Assembly (NCBI GenBank): GCA_947445775.1
Contig: CANFEB010000006.1
Location: forward strand, 579 to 64,578
Direction of reading: 5' to 3'
From: Oligoflexales bacterium
GTDB lineage: Bacteria; Bdellovibrionota_B; Oligoflexia; Oligoflexales; RGVZ01
Length of the DNA: 64,000 bases
How positions within the stretch are numbered: the stretch's first letter is position 1; each line of letters opens with the position of its first letter. Position numbers and translations under genes: made by a program. Under the pieces are notes generated by a model, which ran no database searches, was not told the DNA's origin, and saw only the letters and a program-made list of their open reading frames with translations. This document shows positions 19,110 through 28,234 of the stretch, piece after piece.

Positions 19110-21239
19110 ATGACCGATCACGACAAACAAAAATGGAACTCCCTCGCCGCTAAAGAACTTTCGGGAAAGCCCGTCACGTCTTTGGATCAAGCGACTCCTG
19201 AGGGCATAACGACGCGGCCACTCTACACGGCGCTCGACCTTGCCGGGCAGCCTGGGCCCGGCATGCCAGGTTTTCCTCCGTATACGCGCGGCCCCCGTGC
19301 GACGATGTACACCCACCGTCCGTGGACCATTCGACAATACGCTGGTTTTTCCACCGCTGAGAAATCTAATGCTTTTTACCGGCGCAATCTAGCCGCAGGC
19401 CAAAAGGGGCTGAGCGTTGCATTTGATCTGGCGACTCACCGCGGATATGACTCCGACCATCCGCGCGTGGTGGGCGATGTCGGCAAGGCCGGCGTGGCCA
19501 TTGATTCTGTTGAAGACATGAAAATTCTTTTCGATGGAATTCCGTTGGATGAGATGAGTGTCTCGATGACGATGAATGGCGCTGTGCTTCCCATCTTGTC
19601 TGGATACATCGTCGCAGCCGAAGAGCAAGGCGTACCGCCAGAGAAGCTTTCAGGAACCATCCAAAATGACATTCTAAAAGAGTACATGGTCCGCAACACG
19701 TTCATTTATCCACCGGAACCATCCATGCGCATCGTTGCCGATGTGATCGAATATGCGGCCAAGAATATGCCGCGATTCAATTCGATCAGTATCAGCGGCT
19801 ACCACATGCAAGAGGCCGGGGCCGACTCAGCGCTGGAACTGGCTTACACGCTGGCCGATGGCCTTGAGTACGTGCGCCTTGCGTTGGCGCGTGGCCTGGC
19901 GATCGATGAGTTTGCGCCCCGTTTGTCCTTCTTTTTTGCGATTGGCATGAACTTTTTCATGGAAATTGGAAAACTACGGGCCGCAAGAACCCTGTGGCAC
20001 GAAATGATCGTGCCATTTAATCCACAAAATCCCCAGTCGGCTATGCTGCGGACCCACTGCCAGACATCTGGATACTCGCTGACCGAGCAAGACCCCTACA
20101 ACAATGTCATTCGCACCACGATTGAGGCCATGGCTGGAGTCCTGGGCGGAACCCAATCGCTCCATACCAATGCCCTCGACGAGGCCATTGGGCTGCCCAC
20201 TGACTTTTCAGCGCGCATTGCCCGCAACACGCAACTCATTTTGCAGGAAGAAACCGACATCACCCGCGTTGTTGATCCCTTGGGCGGCAGTTGGTTTATC
20301 GAGAGCCTGACCGGTGATTTGGTGACCCGTGCGCGCGAACTGGTCAAAGAAATCGAAGACGCCGGCGGCATGGTTGCGGCAATAAAAGCCGGAATACCAA
20401 AGTTACGGATCGAAGAATCGGCAGCCCGAAAACAGGCCAGAATCGATAGCGGACGAGATGTCATTGTCGGTGTGAATAAATACTTCAGTGACAGCACGGG
20501 TGACCAAAAGGTCGAAGTCTTGAACATCGATAATGATGCCGTCCTTAAATCACAGAAGAAGCGCTTGGCAGAAGTGCGGGCGCGGCGCGATTCCAACGAG
20601 GTTGCCGCGGCCCTAGTTGAACTGAAAAAGGGAGCCGAAGGAAACGGAAACCTCCTGGAGTTAAGCGTCAAGGCGACGCGCGTGCGTGCTACGGTCGGTG
20701 AAATTTCAGAAACACTCGCCAGCGTCTTTGGGCGCCACAAGCCAGGTACACAATTGGTGCGCAGCGTGTATTCTAGAGGCATGGAAAATAACGCCCAATT
20801 CGATGCTGCGCGTAATCTGGTTGCCGCCTTCGCCAAAAAAGAGGGCCGCCAGCCGCGAATCCTTGTCGCCAAAATGGGGCAGGATGGCCACGACCGGGGA
20901 GCAAAGGTCATCGCCACTGGACTCGCCGATCTTGGGTTCGATGTCGATATAGGGCCCCTCTTCCAAACTCCAGAAGAAGTCGCCCGGCAAGCGGTCGAGA
21001 ACGACGTTCACGTGGTTGGGATCTCGTCCCAGGCGGCAGGACATAAAACCCTGATACCCCAGTTGCTTGCAGAACTTAAAAAACTCAAGGCTGCTGATAT
21101 CCAAGTCATCATCGGCGGAATCATTCCCCAAGGCGATCATGATTTCTTGAGGAAGTGTGGCGTCACCGCAATCTTTGGCCCTGGCACGCAAATTTCGGCC
21201 GCTGCAACGGAGATCATCCGTGCCCTCGAAAAAAAATGA
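19110..21239 (+). CDS. scpA: Methylmalonyl-CoA mutase, large (catalytic plus B12-binding) chain
   Basis: Near-collinear with MutB/Sbm as I recall them: [60 protein letters not shown], and C-terminal [16 protein letters not shown] (DxHxxG B12 motif). The start could be ATG 19110 or ATG 19065. Confidence 0.95.
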   Translation: MTDHDKQKWNSLAAKELSGKPVTSLDQATPEGITTRPLYTALDLAGQPGPGMPGFPPYTRGPRATMYTHRPWTIRQYAGFSTAEKSNAFYRRNLAAGQKGLSVAFDLATHRGYDSDHPRVVGDVGKAGVAIDSVEDMKILFDGIPLDEMSVSMTMNGAVLPILSGYIVAAEEQGVPPEKLSGTIQNDILKEYMVRNTFIYPPEPSMRIVADVIEYAAKNMPRFNSISISGYHMQEAGADSALELAYTLADGLEYVRLALARGLAIDEFAPRLSFFFAIGMNFFMEIGKLRAARTLWHEMIVPFNPQNPQSAMLRTHCQTSGYSLTEQDPYNNVIRTTIEAMAGVLGGTQSLHTNALDEAIGLPTDFSARIARNTQLILQEETDITRVVDPLGGSWFIESLTGDLVTRARELVKEIEDAGGMVAAIKAGIPKLRIEESAARKQARIDSGRDVIVGVNKYFSDSTGDQKVEVLNIDNDAVLKSQKKRLAEVRARRDSNEVAAALVELKKGAEGNGNLLELSVKATRVRATVGEISETLASVFGRHKPGTQLVRSVYSRGMENNAQFDAARNLVAAFAKKEGRQPRILVAKMGQDGHDRGAKVIATGLADLGFDVDIGPLFQTPEEVARQAVENDVHVVGISSQAAGHKTLIPQLLAELKKLKAADIQVIIGGIIPQGDHDFLRKCGVTAIFGPGTQISAAATEIIRALEKK

Positions 21240-22206
21240 ACCCGAATTATTGACGCCCCTGCTAGCCGGCGATCGCCGTGCCCTGGCGCGTGCGATAACC
21301 TTGATCGAAAGCCATGCCGAGCGCGATCACAAAGCTGCAAGCGCTCTTCTGACAGCCATCATGCCTCACGCCGGAAAATCCCTGCGCATTGGAATCAGCG
21401 GGCCGCCTGGAGTGGGCAAAAGTACGTTCATCGAGGCCATCGGTCAAAAATTCCTGCAGCAGGGCAAGCACAAGCTTGCCGTCCTCGCCGTGGATCCAAC
21501 GTCGCGCATCAGTAGGGGCAGTATCCTAGGCGACAAAACAAGGATGGAAGAACTGTCGCGTCACGAGATGGCCTTCATTCGTCCCTCTCCGGGTGGCGAT
21601 GCCGCGGGCGGTGTTGCCCGGCAAACGCGTGAAAGTATTTTTCTTGCCGAAGCCGCCGGACATGATGTCGTTATCGTGGAAACCATCGGAGTCGGCCAAT
21701 CGGAAAGTGCCGTTGCGGCCATGGTCGACTTCTTTGTTTTATTGCATCAGCCAAACAGCGGTGATGATCTGCAAGGAATCAAACGCGGAAATCTCGAACT
21801 AGCCGATTTTGTCATCGTCACCAAGGCCGACGGTGACCTATTGGCGTCGGCTCGCAAAGCCCAAACAGACCTCATGAGCGCTCTGTCCTATTTTGCGACC
21901 TCCGGGCAACCTGCGCCGCCCGTCATTGCCTGCTCCAGCGTCATGGGAGAAGGCCTCCAAGAGATCCTCGAAAATATCCGTAGCGCTTTTAACACGCACA
22001 AAAAATCGGGAAAATTTGAGTCCCGCCGTAAACAGCAAATGCTCGATTGGTTTCATGAGGAAGTCCATGAGCAATTATTGGCTGCCGTGAAGCGGGATCC
22101 TTCGATGGCCATTCTCATCGCAAGTTCGGAGGCAGATATAGCAATGGGCAAGGTGGCACCATCCACGGCTGCGGAGCAGGTTGTTGAAAAATTTCTTTCG
22201 CCATAA
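21157..22206 (+). CDS. meaB: Methylmalonyl-CoA mutase-associated GTPase MeaB/ArgK
   Basis: [12 protein letters not shown]-loop [13 protein letters not shown] and [10 protein letters not shown]. The start is uncertain: GTG 21157 overlaps the mutase gene by 83 nt, and a TTG near 21249 is an alternative. Confidence 0.9.
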   Translation: MASPQSLALARKFRPLQRRSSVPSKKNEPELLTPLLAGDRRALARAITLIESHAERDHKAASALLTAIMPHAGKSLRIGISGPPGVGKSTFIEAIGQKFLQQGKHKLAVLAVDPTSRISRGSILGDKTRMEELSRHEMAFIRPSPGGDAAGGVARQTRESIFLAEAAGHDVVIVETIGVGQSESAVAAMVDFFVLLHQPNSGDDLQGIKRGNLELADFVIVTKADGDLLASARKAQTDLMSALSYFATSGQPAPPVIACSSVMGEGLQEILENIRSAFNTHKKSGKFESRRKQQMLDWFHEEVHEQLLAAVKRDPSMAILIASSEADIAMGKVAPSTAAEQVVEKFLSP

Positions 22207-23650
22207 TGCCCTGCGCTGGGTTCTTTTTGGGGCTTACGTCACGCTGACGCTTTGGCTGACGGTGAACCATGAACTTTGGCGGGACGAGGCTGACTCCTGG
22301 TTGCTGGCTCGGGACGGATCGGTTGCTGACATTTTCAAAATCATGCCTGATGCCGGCCACCCGCCCCTTTGGTACTTGCTGCTGAAACCACTTGCGGCAG
22401 CGGACCTTAGCTGGCGATGGATGCAGGGCGTGAACCTTATGGCCGTGTGGCTGGCAACGGGGTTGTTGATCTTCCAATCGGGACTGGATTTGCTTTTCAT
22501 CATCCCCCTACTTTTCTCTCTGGTTTTTTCCTACGAGTTTCCGGTCATTGCACGAAATTATGGGTTGGGAATTTTTGGGCTGTTTCTCTACGCAGCGACC
22601 TCCGAGTCTGGACGTCGCAAGAGGTCTGCAGTACTGCTGTCTTCCAATTTTCTGATGTGCTTCAGCACAGTTCACTTTCTGGCCTTAGCGATCATCCTAT
22701 TTTGTCAGCGCGGGATGGCCTCATTATCTAAAAGTCGATGGCTGAAGTCCGAAATATATTTTCTCGTCATGGCTGGAATCTCCATCGCAATCCTCTGGCC
22801 GACAGGCCGGGGACAATTCTCAGCAAATTTCTTTGAGCATTTCACGCCAATCAACCTGCAAGATGCCATTGTCCACAGCATGCTGCCGTTTGAACCCGCC
22901 ACGCCACTGACGTTGACCCTTTCTTTGGCGGCCATTGCCATGGTTATGGCCGCCAGCAAAAAGCCAAAAAAAATCACCGGCCTTTTCACAGCCGGCCTGG
23001 GAATGATAGGCGCTATATTTGTCTTCAAATATTACAGCGGGGCACCCCGTCATTCCGGGCTTTTACTGGTCTGGTTGTGTGCTTGTGTATGGATGACAGA
23101 TTCACAGCAGCCCACTGACGGATTTCCAGGGACCCGCCGGCGCTGGCTTGCCCCTATTGCCATGTGGCTTATCTGCGCGTGGAATTTGCCAGTTGTCGCC
23201 AACGTATGGCAGCTGGAGGCCACGAGAAATTTTTCCGATGCCCACGAAGCAGCGGAGATTCTCAATGGCGAATCTATGAAGAATCGTCCCGTGGTCTGCT
23301 GGGTTCCCCGCAATTGCCTCGCCATATTGCCGTACTTGGAGGGCAGGAGGAAATTCTGGTATCCCGAAATCAACCGCGAGGGCACGTTTGAATATTGGGA
23401 CGCGCAGTCAAACACGGTGCATTACAAAGCCTTCGAACGCAGCATTACAATTGACCAGGTCATTGCGTCGACGATTCCAAAATTTTCAAATTGGGGTAAA
23501 CAAGACGGTCCGCTTTTCGTTTCCAACTGGCGCGTGCCCGACCCTGACAAATATGGTTTGAAGTTGATATCACTGGCAAAAAAATCCGCATGGCGAATTT
23601 TAGATGAATCTTTTTGGGTTTACGGACCTCAAGAAATGGAGACACCATGA
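22181..23650 (+). CDS. Polytopic membrane protein, GT-C/ArnT-PMT-like glycosyltransferase candidate
   Basis: About 11 hydrophobic segments, and an acidic first-loop motif (WRDEADSW) as in GT-C enzymes. It has a TTG start overlapping the meaB stop. The family assignment is weak. Confidence 0.45.
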   Translation: MLKNFFRHNALRWVLFGAYVTLTLWLTVNHELWRDEADSWLLARDGSVADIFKIMPDAGHPPLWYLLLKPLAAADLSWRWMQGVNLMAVWLATGLLIFQSGLDLLFIIPLLFSLVFSYEFPVIARNYGLGIFGLFLYAATSESGRRKRSAVLLSSNFLMCFSTVHFLALAIILFCQRGMASLSKSRWLKSEIYFLVMAGISIAILWPTGRGQFSANFFEHFTPINLQDAIVHSMLPFEPATPLTLTLSLAAIAMVMAASKKPKKITGLFTAGLGMIGAIFVFKYYSGAPRHSGLLLVWLCACVWMTDSQQPTDGFPGTRRRWLAPIAMWLICAWNLPVVANVWQLEATRNFSDAHEAAEILNGESMKNRPVVCWVPRNCLAILPYLEGRRKFWYPEINREGTFEYWDAQSNTVHYKAFERSITIDQVIASTIPKFSNWGKQDGPLFVSNWRVPDPDKYGLKLISLAKKSAWRILDESFWVYGPQEMETP

Positions 23651-23931
23651 AAATTTTTAAGAAAAAAATATTTGGGATTTTTCTGGCCGGTTTTGGTTTT
23701 GGTGCGAGCCTCGCATTTGGGCTCACCAGCATCGCCAGCCATGCTCAAAACAGTGATAACTCTGTAGAAAATACGGACTCCATCAAACGGGGCAACTGCA
23801 CAGTACGAATGGGGACAAGGCGTTTGACCAACAACATCACGTGCTATCCGGGAGAGGTTGTCACTGGAGTCCTGACGACGAGTTACTACTGTTCGCCACT
23901 CATCGTCGATTGTAGCCCGCCTGAAAATTAA
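23647..23931 (+). CDS. Small exported Cys-containing protein (94 aa)
   Basis: Its ATG overlaps the upstream stop (ATGA at 23647-23650). Signal peptide MKIFKKKIFGIFLAGFGFGASLAFGLTSIASHA. The mature part has 4 Cys. Confidence 0.45.
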   Translation: MKIFKKKIFGIFLAGFGFGASLAFGLTSIASHAQNSDNSVENTDSIKRGNCTVRMGTRRLTNNITCYPGEVVTGVLTTSYYCSPLIVDCSPPEN

Positions 23932-25421
23932 TCTTTCATGTGACCGTGGATTATTTTCCCCCAGTAGGCCTTGAAATCAAATTCTGGGCTGTGAGGCGGA
24001 TGATGACAGCCAGTACAAATTTTTGCAAAATCATTTCCAGCAGGCTTCCATCTGGGCTTTGCTGTCGGGTTCGTCGCGTGCTCCTTGCGAGGTCCATGGC
24101 AATTCTCGCACTGCACGTTCATGAACTGGGGAGATGCCTCTTGTGAGACAAATCCGCCTTTTTCTGAACCACCAAGAACATGACAGCCGACGCATTCCGC
24201 GTCATGTTGCTTGCCCTTGTCGATCAGATCCTTGAAGGCATTCGAATGCTTCGAGGCGGCCCACACGTCGTAGGCTTTTGCGTGACAGCCCTTGCAGGCC
24301 TGAGATCCAGCAAAGGGTGTGTTGACCAAATCGGCCAGCCGGATTTTTGCTCGAACGTCAAAGCTGTCTTTCAGGGCGGATTCATAGGCAAAGAAAAATG
24401 CACTCCAAACTTCTGGATTTAAGGAATCACGCTCCAGCCAGCTGACGTTTTTTAGCGGGGCCAATGCCAAGGCTGGAGGCGGGAATGAGGGCAATGGCGA
24501 GGTCTGAGATGAACCCTTTGAAAAGATCGCTTCCAGAGATTTTGCCTCTGACCGTCGGGCCGCGCCACCACGCAATACACCTTGGCCACCAAGCTGGGAT
24601 TGCAAAACCATCGCCCCGCGCGGGATGGTCAACCTGACAATCGAGCGGCCTTCATTCGCGCGATCAGGCTGATCCGGTTTGGCCGTATCGCTGGCGCGGT
24701 TGCTTGAAATAACTTCATCAAACAAACTCAACTTGATCAGCGCCTTCAATTGAGGGTCTGGGCCATTGAATAAAAGTATCTTGTACAGACCTGCCAACTC
24801 CGGATTACCACCCAAAATTTTGAGGCGTCTGATTCCAGCTGGCGATGTCGCCGGCAAAAGAAAGGAGGCGAGGGCTGGATCCCAGGTAAAACCAAAAACG
24901 GCAACACCCTTGATTTTAATAAAGGGCTTAGCAGATTCCTTCAACCACTGGGGACCCAATCCCTCCTTGAGATTCGAAAGGACGTATGGAAGCGGTCCGC
25001 CCGCATTTGCGGCTGCCTTTAAACGGGTCCAGGCATCGCCCATCCATCGACTGCGCAGCAGTTCATAACGCCCCGGCAAGACTACGGCCGGGTTAATCCG
25101 TATCAATGCCTCCAACAGAAACCGGTCCTTGATGCCTTGGGTTGCGGCATCGGCGTTGGAGTTGGAGTTGGCCTTGGGCGGTGCAATGTTGTTACCAAGA
25201 TCAAAAAATAATACCTCAGGGTTCAAAGCCCTCTCGCGCAGGGCAAAGCCTGCAAGGCGCTGCACGCCGCCCAGATCAGTTCGCGGGTCGCAGCCACACG
25301 GTTCAAACTGTCCGCGAAAATCCCCGTATGCCAGCCAGCTGTATTCCTGTGCGCCGGCAGCAGGCGGCCACAGCACGGCAAGCAACCAGATCCACCAAAT
25401 CGATTGTCGCAATAGGCGCAT
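23928..25421 (-). CDS. Tetrahaem c-type cytochrome with large N-terminal non-haem domain
   Basis: Four CxxCH motifs lie in the C-terminal ~130 aa (CKGCH, CVGCH, CENCH, CTGCH). The N-terminal ~350 aa starts with WLAYGDFRGQFEPCGCDP. I prefer the ATG at 25421 (signal peptide MRLLRQSIWWIWLLAVLWPPAAGA) over the TTG at 25448. Confidence 0.8.
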   Translation of the reverse strand: MRLLRQSIWWIWLLAVLWPPAAGAQEYSWLAYGDFRGQFEPCGCDPRTDLGGVQRLAGFALRERALNPEVLFFDLGNNIAPPKANSNSNADAATQGIKDRFLLEALIRINPAVVLPGRYELLRSRWMGDAWTRLKAAANAGGPLPYVLSNLKEGLGPQWLKESAKPFIKIKGVAVFGFTWDPALASFLLPATSPAGIRRLKILGGNPELAGLYKILLFNGPDPQLKALIKLSLFDEVISSNRASDTAKPDQPDRANEGRSIVRLTIPRGAMVLQSQLGGQGVLRGGAARRSEAKSLEAIFSKGSSQTSPLPSFPPPALALAPLKNVSWLERDSLNPEVWSAFFFAYESALKDSFDVRAKIRLADLVNTPFAGSQACKGCHAKAYDVWAASKHSNAFKDLIDKGKQHDAECVGCHVLGGSEKGGFVSQEASPQFMNVQCENCHGPRKEHATNPTAKPRWKPAGNDFAKICTGCHHPPHSPEFDFKAYWGKIIHGHMKD

Positions 25422-25504
25422 CAAGGTAACTTTATTCCTACATGCCAAAAGTGGCGGTCGAGCAACTTGAAGATTTTACCTCGGAAAGACTAAGGACAAT
25501 AGCC

Positions 25505-26191
25505 ATGTCGGAAAACCGCCGCACCTTCAAATATTATGACCTGATCATGGCCATCTTTGTCACCGTCTTACTGTGCTCCAACCTGATCGGTGTGTCCAAG
25601 GTCGTAACCATTGGTGGCTTTACGTTTGGGGGAGGCAATTTGTTTTTTCCAATCAGCTACCTCTTTGGCGACATTTTGACTGAAGTCTACGGCTACGCGC
25701 GATCTCGAAGGGTCGTGTGGACCGGATTTGGCGCTTTGATCTTCGCCGCCTTTATGAGCTGGGCCGTGATTCATTTGCCACCTGCCGCTGACTACACGGG
25801 CCAGTCCGCCATTGAACAGGTTTTTGGATCCACCCCTAGAATCGTCGCAGCGTCCATGATTGCCTATTTCGCTGGCGAATTCACAAATTCATTTGTTCTG
25901 GCAAAGCTAAAAATCTGGACCAGGGGCAAGTTTCTTTGGGTTCGCACGATTGGTTCCACAGTTTTCGGGGAAGCCGTTGATTCTACAATCTTTTATCCGC
26001 TTGCCTTCATTGGCATCTGGAGCCACGAGACCCTGATCACGGTTGCCGTAACCAATTACACGCTCAAGGTCCTATGGGAAGTTCTTGCGACTCCCTTGAC
26101 CTACCGCGTCGTAGCTGCCATTAAACGTGCTGAGAACGAAGACTTTTACGACTACGATACGAACTTCACACCGTTCTCCATCAAGGTGTGA
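25505..26191 (+). CDS. yhhQ: Queuosine-precursor (preQ0/preQ1) transporter, YhhQ/VUT family
   Basis: FFPISYLFGDILTEVYGY..R, AYFAGEFTNSFVLAKLK and FGEAVDSTIFYPLAF match the COG1738 family. AAGGA lies 9 nt upstream of the ATG at 25505. Confidence 0.85.
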   Translation: MSENRRTFKYYDLIMAIFVTVLLCSNLIGVSKVVTIGGFTFGGGNLFFPISYLFGDILTEVYGYARSRRVVWTGFGALIFAAFMSWAVIHLPPAADYTGQSAIEQVFGSTPRIVAASMIAYFAGEFTNSFVLAKLKIWTRGKFLWVRTIGSTVFGEAVDSTIFYPLAFIGIWSHETLITVAVTNYTLKVLWEVLATPLTYRVVAAIKRAENEDFYDYDTNFTPFSIKV

Positions 26192-26204
26192 AAAGGGTTT
26201 GTAA

Positions 26205-26564
26205 ATGAACCATGGGCCACTCATCACATTGACCCCCCGCGCCATCGAAGCGGCCTGTAGTCTGCGCGCCGGCAACGCCGAGTGGACGAAATTTGATCTG
26301 CGGGTTTACCTGTCCGGTAAAGGCTGTGATGGGTTTGAATACGGCGTGAGTTTTGACGCGCGCCAAGATTTGGATCTGGCTGAGGCATTTGACAGCATTG
26401 TCACGATCATTGATCCCGAGACGGCCAAATATGTTGGCGGCTCCACCATCGACTGGGTCGACGATGAGCGGGGACGAGGATTTTTGGTGGAAAATCCGAA
26501 TCATAAAAAATTTCGCGGCAAGTTCTTCAAGCGTAAGGGTTGGGAAGAAAAGATCCTTCGCTGA
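26205..26564 (+). CDS. HesB/IscA-like protein lacking the C-terminal CxC
   Basis: ITLTPRAIE..LRVYLSGKGCDGFEYGVSFD fits A-type carriers. However, the C-terminus is VENPNHKKFRGKFFKRKGWEEKILR instead of NPN...CGCG.SF. Confidence 0.75.
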   Translation: MNHGPLITLTPRAIEAACSLRAGNAEWTKFDLRVYLSGKGCDGFEYGVSFDARQDLDLAEAFDSIVTIIDPETAKYVGGSTIDWVDDERGRGFLVENPNHKKFRGKFFKRKGWEEKILR

Positions 26565-26570
26565 CCCCAA

Positions 26571-28124
26571 TTATTCTTCTTTAGATTGAAGCGCAAACAG
26601 GCTCTGAATCTCGTCAAGAGCGACGAGATTTTTATCCACAGCCCCGCGCAATTTCAAAGCCAGCGTCCCACGCGACATGCCAATCAATCGCGAAAGTGAC
26701 CGCATGGAGATCTTTCCACGCTCCTTGAAAAGCTTCCGAACAAGTGCCACCAAAGCCAAATCGCAAATATCTTCAAAATGGTATGGGTTGGCTACGGTCT
26801 CAGGAATTTCAATTTGCAATGAGCGCGCCGACTTGTCTAAAGAAAATCCCGGTTGGCCGGCGACAAGATTCTTGTCCTCATCGATGATCCGGTTAGTGGC
26901 CTCATCTGACCATAGCCACTTGGGTAGCGCCAAAGGCGTCAACCGGCGATCGGGTGTGGCAAATTCAGTCATCGCGCGCAAACAATTGCGCAGCTCACGA
27001 ACATTGCCGTCTGACCAGTGCGCCGCAACCAAAATGTCCATCACCGTTGCTGTCACTTCATAAGGCCCACCAGGCATGGCCTGGCAAAAATGTCGCACAA
27101 GCTCTGGAATTTCCCCTTGCCGCTCGCGTAGGGGCGGGAGTTCGATTTCGACCTCACGCAGCCTTTGCCAAAGATCTCTACGAAAGCGCCCAGCTGCCAC
27201 CAGCTGATCCAGCCGTTCGTTCGTGGCACCGATGATCCGAACATTCACACGAATTGCATTTGTGGACCCCAGTCGCACCACCTCATGGTTCTCCAGCACC
27301 CGCAGCAAAGCGACCTGCGCGGAGGGGGTCAGGGTCGCCAGCTCATCGAGGAATACCCAGCCACCGGAGGCAGCTTCAAATAAACCACGTCTTTCGCCCA
27401 CGGCCCCCGTAAACGCCCCGCGCGCGTGCCCGAACAGTTCACTCTCCAGCAATGTCGGCGCGATCGCACCGCAGTTGACCCGCATAAATGGCGCAGCCTT
27501 GCCGATAATCTCTGCAAAGGCGTCTGCCACAACTTCCTTGCCTGTTCCTGATTCACCGTAAACCAAAACCGAAGAAATCGCCGACGGAACAATCCGCTCT
27601 GCGCGCCTGGAAATCTCCTCTAGGGTCTTGCTTCGGTAATAACCCGCGGGCGTGCCCGCTGTCGGCGAACGTCCAGATGGCACCTTGTTTCGATGAAGGA
27701 TATTTCCCGCCATGTTGATCCGGTGGACCAGCTCAGATCCTTCTGTTCGCTTTGAAATAAAATCGTCGACACCGGACTGCAAACACTCACGCACAGTTTT
27801 AGGATCATCAAAATCTGAAAATGCGATGATGCAGGCACTCGGTTCGCGACTGCGAATCTCACGTATCAATTCAATTCCAGAGGTCTTCGTGCCATCAAGA
27901 GAAAGATCAACCAGGGCAATCAGCAAGCCTTTGCTGGAGTTTACATGGGCATCGACTTGCCTCAATGCCTCAGATGAGGATGGCGCAAGTAACACGGAAA
28001 AAAGTCGTCCATCAAAGGATTCGGCCCCCTCAAGATCAAGCTTCACCTTGTCCCTGAGAAATGGGTCGTCATCGACAAACAACAAATGAATATTTGAAGA
28101 AACAGCATTTTTAGGTTTTTCCAT
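26571..28124 (-). CDS. Sigma-54-dependent response regulator (NtrC family)
   Basis: Receiver domain (LLFVDDDPFLRD..VDLSLDG), AAA+ domain (VLVYGESGTGKEVVA, GAFTGA, WVFLDEL, GNVRELRN) and a C-terminal HTH. I prefer the start at M17 (28124). Confidence 0.9.
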   Translation of the reverse strand: MEKPKNAVSSNIHLLFVDDDPFLRDKVKLDLEGAESFDGRLFSVLLAPSSSEALRQVDAHVNSSKGLLIALVDLSLDGTKTSGIELIREIRSREPSACIIAFSDFDDPKTVRECLQSGVDDFISKRTEGSELVHRINMAGNILHRNKVPSGRSPTAGTPAGYYRSKTLEEISRRAERIVPSAISSVLVYGESGTGKEVVADAFAEIIGKAAPFMRVNCGAIAPTLLESELFGHARGAFTGAVGERRGLFEAASGGWVFLDELATLTPSAQVALLRVLENHEVVRLGSTNAIRVNVRIIGATNERLDQLVAAGRFRRDLWQRLREVEIELPPLRERQGEIPELVRHFCQAMPGGPYEVTATVMDILVAAHWSDGNVRELRNCLRAMTEFATPDRRLTPLALPKWLWSDEATNRIIDEDKNLVAGQPGFSLDKSARSLQIEIPETVANPYHFEDICDLALVALVRKLFKERGKISMRSLSRLIGMSRGTLALKLRGAVDKNLVALDEIQSLFALQSKEE

Positions 28125-28234
28125 TCCGATTGGACTCCAAGGCCAGCCAAAGGTGGCCAAAATTTGCTCCACGAAACCTCTGGTCCGATAAATTTTCCAG
28201 TGATTTCACGAATTACCAGTGGCGCGATCGTTGC

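Noticed and set aside
20096-20917. Long antisense ORFs inside well-supported genes: 273 aa opposite the mutase gene, 18306-18983 opposite cls, 49031-49765 opposite prs/tRNA-Gln, 50756-51445 opposite clpB, and 16591-17139 opposite the FTR1 gene.
   Set aside because: Their translations are low-complexity Arg/Pro/Ala/Ser-rich, as expected for shadow frames of GC-rich coding sequence. They have no start-site signals or recognisable motifs, and the opposite strand carries unambiguous conserved genes.
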